Assembly: GCA_900128395.1 (NCBI GenBank)
Contig: LT649234.1
Coordinates: 1 to 64,000 of the forward strand
Source of the DNA: Stramenopiles sp. TOSAG23-2
Taxonomy: Eukaryota
Length of the DNA stretch: 64,000 nucleotides
Direction: 5' to 3'
Shown here: one piece after another, positions 56,809 to 64,000 of the stretch
Layout of the letters: each line of letters opens with the position of its first letter
How positions within the stretch are numbered: position 1 is the first letter of the stretch
Position numbers and translations under genes: made by a program
Notes under the pieces: model-generated
The model's input: the letters and a program-made list of their open reading frames with translations, nothing else
Told to the model about the DNA's origin: nothing
The model's database searches: none

Positions 56809-57477
56809 TCAAGCACTACTTCGTAAAATCAATGCAAATGCTGCTATTAATAAACTAACCAAGGAACCAATAACACGCTCGTACATTTCTAGAGTCACAG
56901 GGATTCCAAATATCATCCAAATAACACTTCGCCGTTGAATTTCTAATCCATCAAGAAAATATTTTAATGCGCCATTATTATCACTATTAAAACATTCAGA
57001 TAAAATCAATACATAATCACCACGATGGATTGATTCCAAAAAACGAGTATATGCTATTGATGGCTTCATTGATATAGTTAGTAATATATACAACCCATAC
57101 ATCCATAAGGTTTCGGTTATAATCATAAATACTAACCCACCAATGTCAAGAATATAATCACTTTGAAAACTTTGGAACACAAAGTCTATACCCCCCAATA
57201 TTATATATAAAATTAAACTGAAAATGATTAAACCAACTGAATTTCCTAATATCCGAACAGATCGTTTCACATTTACAGCAATCGTCTCCAGTGATTGAAT
57301 AAAAATTTTAATTATCTTTTTCGCCTCTTTACGATTAATAGTATTTGGATTCATTATTTTGTGATCATCATCACAGTCAGATTCAAAAAATTTATATATA
57401 ACTTTATTGATCTTTTCTGACATTTGTTTTATTTTAAATGCAATAACTTCAGATTCTACAACCATATATCCATACAT
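56809..57477 (-). CDS. C-terminal part of a multi-TM protein, gustatory-receptor-like (7TM ion channel) candidate; 5' part disrupted
   Basis: Several TM helices ending LKYFLDGLE...WMIFGIPVTLEMYERVIGSLVSLLIAAFALIL. The 5' end runs into an (AT)n tract. Confidence 0.5.
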   Translation of the reverse strand: MYGYMVVESEVIAFKIKQMSEKINKVIYKFFESDCDDDHKIMNPNTINRKEAKKIIKIFIQSLETIAVNVKRSVRILGNSVGLIIFSLILYIILGGIDFVFQSFQSDYILDIGGLVFMIITETLWMYGLYILLTISMKPSIAYTRFLESIHRGDYVLILSECFNSDNNGALKYFLDGLEIQRRSVIWMIFGIPVTLEMYERVIGSLVSLLIAAFALILRSSA

Positions 57478-57807
57478 GTATATATATATATATATGTGCA
57501 TCTATCTATTTTCTTATATGTTGGAAAAGTGATTGTAAAAAGGCTCCGCGTTCGAATTATTTAAAGAAGTGCAACAACAAATATAGAAGAAGAAGAACTA
57601 CTTATCATTGAAAAAAAGAAGTATCAAAAATATAATACTCGCGTACAAAAAATAACATGTTTTACATCACAAAAAAATCATATCTTGAAGAAAGGTCTGG
57701 TGGTAAATATACGATAAAAGAAACTTTCTCATATGTATCAATTCCATTTTCTTAATTTCTCTCTAACTTTCTTCTCTCTTTCTTATACATGTATATAATA
57801 TTTGTTG

Positions 57808-59271
57808 TCAAACAACAATTTTGAATTTATCATATAAAAAATATTGCATGGCATATGCACCATATTGATGACAACTACCAAATGGTTCTTGTTCACATGC
57901 ATGTATTTCGCCAGGTACAGCAATTAATTGAGATGGAATGGAATAATTTTTCAATGCTTCCATTACACGTTTTGAACGATCAATTGATACACTCATATCT
58001 GCAGTACCATGTATGATCATAGTTGGTGGTGAATTTTTATTTATATGATTCACTGGATCATAAAATTGTTTCATTGAATCTTTATTCATTGTGAAACGAT
58101 AATATATTGAACTATCATCTAATTTATTATTATCAACATCATGTTCAGTTGGTACCATACCACATAAATCAATAATACCTTTGACACCATTGCTATTAAA
58201 TTTAAGATACGTATTGTTTTTCCCTGTAGCTATTAGTTTCTCCTCCTCATCAAACCATGCAAGTTTATATCCTGCCATATATGCTAAATGACCACCAGCA
58301 CTATTACCCATGACGACGCTTCGATTCATATCAATTCCAATTTTATGTGCACCATTTATATGTAAATATTTGAAAACATCACGGACATCGGATAATATAT
58401 CTGTTCCATTCCAACCATGTTGTAATAAACGATATTCAACACTAATAAATGCAATGCCACGACTTCTTATAAATTCAACCAATGCTACTGGATAATCCTT
58501 ACGTGTTCGATAAACCCAACCACCACCATGAAAAAAAATCACGACAGGCAATCCACCATGATGATGATTACCACGTAATATATCCGTAGACGGTAAATAT
58601 ACATCTAATTTTAATTCTGGATCGTATTCAACATATCGAATACTATTTTTATCAAAACTCATAGATGGAAAAGATCGTTTCTCCATTGTTGGATCAATAG
58701 TTTTATATACTAATGTTAAATCAGGTTGATTCAATTGTTGTACTGTTATCATAATTAATTGACCAAAACATGACCATAGAAATAAGTTAACTTTCTCTGA
58801 AATAGCATATGGTAGCAACGCATTTGTACCCCATAGTAATTTTGTTTCTTCCACCAAGGCTGGTTCAATTTCACTTGCATGTAATATTGGATATAATAAT
58901 AAAATTAATGATGCTATTAAAACCAACGGGCGTAGAATTCGTAACCATAACGGCCATTTCTTATCACTTAATGGTAATGTTGTTTGTTTAAAATACATTA
59001 ATACATGTTCAACTATATATGCAATTAATTTAATAAAAGTATCTAAAAATATTAAACCAATAAACATCATACGCAATACAATTAAAGCTATAGTAGTACC
59101 TCCTAAACTTTTTGCATAAAAACCATTTGTTGCATTGAATATTCCAATAAATAATTTAATTGATAAATCCAATACTTTGAATATATCTTTCACGTATCGT
59201 GTACAACATGGCGTTGGTATAAAACAGAAATACCCTTTCGTGAAGGATAGATGGTGTCGTTTTTGCAACAA
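57808..59271 (-). CDS. Membrane-anchored alpha/beta hydrolase (HSL/GDXG esterase); start uncertain
   Basis: LKLDVYLP, FFHGGGW, VEYRL, GNSAGGHLA, IHGTAD, H near the C-terminus; N-terminal TM helices. Confidence 0.88.
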   Translation of the reverse strand: MLQKRHHLSFTKGYFCFIPTPCCTRYVKDIFKVLDLSIKLFIGIFNATNGFYAKSLGGTTIALIVLRMMFIGLIFLDTFIKLIAYIVEHVLMYFKQTTLPLSDKKWPLWLRILRPLVLIASLILLLYPILHASEIEPALVEETKLLWGTNALLPYAISEKVNLFLWSCFGQLIMITVQQLNQPDLTLVYKTIDPTMEKRSFPSMSFDKNSIRYVEYDPELKLDVYLPSTDILRGNHHHGGLPVVIFFHGGGWVYRTRKDYPVALVEFIRSRGIAFISVEYRLLQHGWNGTDILSDVRDVFKYLHINGAHKIGIDMNRSVVMGNSAGGHLAYMAGYKLAWFDEEEKLIATGKNNTYLKFNSNGVKGIIDLCGMVPTEHDVDNNKLDDSSIYYRFTMNKDSMKQFYDPVNHINKNSPPTMIIHGTADMSVSIDRSKRVMEALKNYSIPSQLIAVPGEIHACEQEPFGSCHQYGAYAMQYFLYDKFKIVV

Positions 59272-59341
59272 TAATCAATATTCATCACTAACATGTAATG
59301 CATTTTTCAATTTTTCTTCTTCTTTTCAAAACAAATTAGTA

Positions 59342-61520
59342 ATGAATGGTAACGATAATAATAACACCAAGAACAAGTTTCATCACAAGGTATTGATACA
59401 AAATAAAACAATATCTAATTATCATCACATCAATTATATTGATTTTAGCAACCGTGATAATGTACGAATGTTTCATACTAGATCTTCTCAGGAGGAGGAA
59501 GAGACAACATCAGTAAAGTTTTCAGAAGAGGAATTAAAACTTATATCAATAAGTTCTACGGAAAAGAATTTGAAAGTTAAACATGGAAAAATAGCAGAAC
59601 AATTGAAAAAGATGGAAAAGCAAATGATATCGAAAGAATCATATTTTAAAGTGCTTCGTTCAAGACACAATAAACAAACTCTTAGCATCTGTTTCTCTGA
59701 TATGAAACGTAGGAAAATTCATTTTAATTTCAATTTATATGCTTTCTTTATAGAAAAATTCGGCAATAAAGGAGATTTTCATATGGTAGAAAGTTTGTTA
59801 AATGAACTGAAAAACAAGCAATATACATTAAATATTGTAATCTATAATATGTTAATCCAAAACTATGGCACTTACAAAAAATATAAAGAAATGGAAATGT
59901 ATTATAATGAAATGATTAAAGAAGGAATCCAGCCGGATAATATCACATATAATATATTAATTAATCAATACAGTCAATCAAATAAAACATTACAAAAAGT
60001 TCATTACTATTACAATGAAATGAAAAAAAATCGATACAACAAATATATTGATGATAACGATGATAATAATAAATCAAGCATCCACCCAGATATTTATACG
60101 TATGCAACATTAATTCAAGCATTTGGGAAACGTAAAGAATTTGAAAAAGTGGATATTTATTTAAAAGAAATGAAAAAAATATAAAATAGAACCAAATATC
60201 GTCATTTACAATATATTAATGGATATATATTGTAAAAACAAAGATGAAGATAAAGTTATCTTTTATTTTAATGAAATGCAAATCCACGATATTGAACCTG
60301 ATATATTTTCCTACACTGCATTGATTACATTACATGGTAATATGGAGAAAATGGAGCAAGTCAAGATGTATATTGATGAGATGAAAAACAAAGGCATCAG
60401 TTTGACTGGTGAAACATATGGCTTATTGATTGAAATCTATGGCCGTGTATCAAATTACGATGCAATTGATAACTTGTTAAAAGAAATGAAAAGTAGAAAC
60501 ATTCGACTTGATTATAGGATTCATAATATCTTGACAAAAATATATACAGATGTAGATCATTTAAATAAAGTCGATTTATATTTTGATAAAAATGACTTTG
60601 AATTTGAGGACATGAATAATTTTTTAGAATACGAATCAAATAAAAACGTAAACAATGAAAGTTATTCAGAAGAAGCGAAGAATGAGGATAACAAACAACT
60701 ATTTGTCATCGACACATACAAAGAAACGCTTCAAAAGTTAATGATCAAAAGTATGGCAACAAAGAAATTTGATTCGATCACATTATTTTTATATCAAATG
60801 GAAATGTATTACAAGGAAAAAAATCAAAATGATATTGACTTTTATAATCAATTGATTGAAATTTGTATAACGATAGGACATTATGAAAAATCACTTGATT
60901 ATTTTTATGTTATAAAAAACAACCATTTTCTTGCTCCAAATTCAGAAACAAAAAGGTTGTTTAAGAAACAATTAACTGCAGTTAGAAAAGAAAGGAACAA
61001 ACAAAAAAATTCAGGAAGAAAGGAAGAAAAACAACGAATACGAGAAGTACGAAAAGAGAAAAAAAGGCAAATTTTTGAAGCTGCTTTTGAAAATGCAGAA
61101 AAAACAGCATTCGATTTAATATGTCTCCCCGAAAGCGAAGTTGAACGATTGTTAAATGAACCACATACGGATCCAAATGGCAACACACACAAACATGAGC
61201 AAATTAGATGGATGTGGTTTTTAAAGAAGAAAGAAGAAATACTTCCTGCTAAAGTTGCAGAAGAAGTAGATGCAGGTTCCATTACTATTATTGAAGATAA
61301 TATTGCTCTCAATGATGATGTAGAAATACCTACTTTTTGGAATTCTGAAGATGGTTTAGATCATACTATTCACTTTAAACTTTCAAGGTTTTTACGCCAA
61401 GAAGCCTTTTTAAATAAATGTAGCGAACATTATAAAAAAATGAATTGTTCGATACGCATTAAAAGAATATCTGGTAATAGTAGATGGAAAATATTAATTA
61501 GATCACTTAGCAGAGAATGA
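59342..61520 (+). CDS. PPR-repeat protein, frameshifted at ~60173-60179; start uncertain
   Basis: Repeats IVIYNMLIQNYG, PDNITYNILI, PDIYTYATLI, PDIFSYTALI. Removing one A from the A7 run joins the two ORFs as KEMKKYKIEPNIVIYNILMDIYCK. Confidence 0.85.
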
Positions 61521-61775
61521 AAAATGAAAAGTAAATATTATTTGGAGTAAAATGAATTTTGAGGAAGGGAGGCGAAGGGGCCGAAAACAAGAGAGAAAAC
61601 TTTGTTTCTAAAACTGTACATGCTTCTTAAATGAAAATGTATTTTTTAAAAAAAATAATTTTTTTTGTACAAACACTGGCGCATAAAATATATCTTCGTA
61701 CGTTCGTATCATAATATATGAAGTAGTTTGTACATGTATGATGATGTATCTCATTAAAACTTGCGCGTTAATTTT

Positions 61776-64000
61776 TTACTTTTTACCTTTTGTTTTCTTA
61801 TCTTTCACATTTTTTGGACCACCATTATCATCTCTTTTCAAATACCGTTTAGCAACCTTCACAGGTGCAAAAAGTAATTTCTGCCAAAAATGAGATTCAT
61901 CATCATTGAAATTCTCATTTGAAATCGCATATGCATCATTCAATACAGCAAATAATAAGGATGCCATGAAAAAGTTAATCGTTAAATTGAAAAGCGTGTA
62001 AAATAGAACCGTCATCAATGGATCCGCTACTTTGATATTTGCATAATCAAATTCACCCATCAACATCACTAATAAAGAATTTGTAGTACCAATCAACGAA
62101 TTGAATTCATCGACTTCAGGCCCAAATGAAAAATGAGCTATAATAACAAATGCATACCCAACAATAATTAAAATGAACAAAAACGATAAAAATACGGAAC
62201 CGCTTGCATCAAGGGTTTGCCATACTTTCGAAATCGATAAATTCTTTTGTAAAATTTTAAATGAGCCCATTCCTGCTAAGACGGCATTCAAAACAGATAA
62301 ATTAATTCCATGAGAAAAATATTCAGCTTGTCGTTCAATTTGTATATAATGTGGCAACGTAATATCAACTTGACGGGAAACAACTAAATCGTAAAATACC
62401 TGCACTAACAATTGAGTAGTTAAACCTACGATTAATACAATATCGACAATATTCCACACGCAATTAAAATAAGCACTAAATCCATATAATGCAAGTTCAC
62501 ATATCATATCGTATGCTATCTTAACTAAATAAGCAAAACACAGAATATCTGCCCATCTTAAGAACGTCATGTCGTCCGGACTTCTACTACCCGCTTCCCC
62601 ATACAACGAAAGCCACACAACATCAATATCAATATTTTTTTTAATGTAGCCAGCAGGTGTAAATTCAAATAATATTTTCACGGCTGAAATGGAATAGTAA
62701 TTTGTATTTAATAAATTAAAATTGATGTAAAGTGCCCTAGTATCATCATCAATCCACATCTGATCACGTAAGCGCCACAACTCTAACTTGGCCCTTTGGC
62801 GCATGTGTGAAAGCTCAATTGCAAAGCCACTTCTATCAAAAAATGAACTGCCACTAAATACAGTGAACGAATTGAAATCACGACCTTGTTTGTATTGAAA
62901 TCCTTCATACGCTTTTCCTGGACCATATGCTTGGTCACCACCTAATGATGCTACATACAACCGTTGTCGATCCATACTATATGGAACATAACAACCATGA
63001 CTATCTATACTGGGCACACCTTTCAATTGTTCCAACGTATCGGTACAACCGCCTGAAGCTCTATAGTTACCAGATCTATATTGACGTAAACGTACACCAC
63101 CAATCAATTTATTCGCACGCAATATAAATCGACTTTCCTCTGAAGACAATGCCTGGGATGTATAATGAAATTGAGGATAAATAGCATTTAAAAATGGACC
63201 TTCCAGCCATTGCCAAACTTGATCAATATCATGAATTTCATCAAATGTATAATGACGCTCACCATCAATTGAAAGTTTAAATGGCTCGGATGTCAATAAA
63301 TCATTCAAAGAATGAATGATATCGTTTGTAACAGGGACACGGCGTCTTTTTTGTACAGCAGAGACAAAAAAATACAGGAAAAAGCAATACAAAGTTAAAC
63401 GTATCCATATCGACATGTACTCCGCAATTTCTTTTTCCTCGTCACTACCAGAATCATTCAACGCACGGAAATTCCTTTCTGCAACAACTTTCGGCGTATG
63501 GAAAAAAGGTGATAATTTAGCACCAGATGAATTCCTCCATTCTTTAATTAAACTTTGTGCATTCACTTCCGAGGAATCCGAATCATCGCTATCGGAATCC
63601 GAATCTAGCCCATCAAAATCCATGCCAAAATTGGATTTTTTCTTCTTCCTGATGTCATTTGAACTGTTACCAATATTTTCCATTCCATCCTCGGGTCGTA
63701 TGCGTGAAATTAATATAATTTTAGGTGGTTCGTCATATTTCGATAATTCCTCCATAATACTAGCTTGTGGAGGCCACATTAAATTTAAATGATCCCGAAG
63801 TGTACCATCATCTGGTAGAATCTCCCAATATTTACATGCATCATTATTTAACTGTTCAAATGTATATTCCGGCGTCACGCGAAAGCTACAATATTCGCCT
63901 ATTCGTTGATAAAAAACACTAACATTAATTTGTGACTCCTCACCTTTACCTCCACCATGGTCAGCTAAGTCATCTTTACCTTTAACTTTTTGTTTTAAAC
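61776..64000 (-). CDS. Polycystin (PKD2/TRPP-like) cation channel, 5'-partial
   Basis: VWQWLEGPF, NKLIGGVRLRQYR, WIDDDTRA, FEFTPAG, WNIVD, AHFSFG..F, LNDAY. The frame stays open to the window edge. Confidence 0.9.
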   Translation of the reverse strand, partial: LKQKVKGKDDLADHGGGKGEESQINVSVFYQRIGEYCSFRVTPEYTFEQLNNDACKYWEILPDDGTLRDHLNLMWPPQASIMEELSKYDEPPKIILISRIRPEDGMENIGNSSNDIRKKKKSNFGMDFDGLDSDSDSDDSDSSEVNAQSLIKEWRNSSGAKLSPFFHTPKVVAERNFRALNDSGSDEEKEIAEYMSIWIRLTLYCFFLYFFVSAVQKRRRVPVTNDIIHSLNDLLTSEPFKLSIDGERHYTFDEIHDIDQVWQWLEGPFLNAIYPQFHYTSQALSSEESRFILRANKLIGGVRLRQYRSGNYRASGGCTDTLEQLKGVPSIDSHGCYVPYSMDRQRLYVASLGGDQAYGPGKAYEGFQYKQGRDFNSFTVFSGSSFFDRSGFAIELSHMRQRAKLELWRLRDQMWIDDDTRALYINFNLLNTNYYSISAVKILFEFTPAGYIKKNIDIDVVWLSLYGEAGSRSPDDMTFLRWADILCFAYLVKIAYDMICELALYGFSAYFNCVWNIVDIVLIVGLTTQLLVQVFYDLVVSRQVDITLPHYIQIERQAEYFSHGINLSVLNAVLAGMGSFKILQKNLSISKVWQTLDASGSVFLSFLFILIIVGYAFVIIAHFSFGPEVDEFNSLIGTTNSLLVMLMGEFDYANIKVADPLMTVLFYTLFNLTINFFMASLLFAVLNDAYAISNENFNDDESHFWQKLLFAPVKVAKRYLKRDDNGGPKNVKDKKTKGKK

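Noticed and set aside
59272-59330. In-frame TGA upstream of the esterase as selenocysteine (eEFSec is in the window)
   Set aside because: No redox motif context, no upstream ATG before the next stop, and no SECIS recognised.

Overview
This is an AT-rich, gene-dense, apparently intron-free eukaryotic window. It is probably a flagellated stramenopile-like protist; this is an inference from CFAP99, alpha-tubulin, the CCT-protein style and poly-Asn tracts. Most of it is housekeeping genes: S28 peptidase, SDR, eEFSec, CSN2, WDR76-like, CFAP99, GINS3, LIS1, alpha-tubulin, CWC22, CCT protein, mitochondrial S17, esterase, PPR and a polycystin channel. A foreign-looking island at about 14.1-20.0 kb stands out. 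It holds three co-oriented virus-like genes (prim-pol+PriCT-2 without a helicase, and two small ORFs). These directly abut a GC-richer gene that fuses an XK/CED-8-like scramblase membrane domain to about 21 84-bp LRR units built from a constant scaffold and shuffled hypervariable cassettes, followed by TIR and G-rich repeat DNA. Other notable items are a membrane-anchored HEPN (RxxxxH) protein, a 7TM chemoreceptor-like fragment, a 4308-aa multidomain protein, a fold-back MITE-like element and several probable frameshifts. All family calls come from motif recognition by eye; no database search was run.
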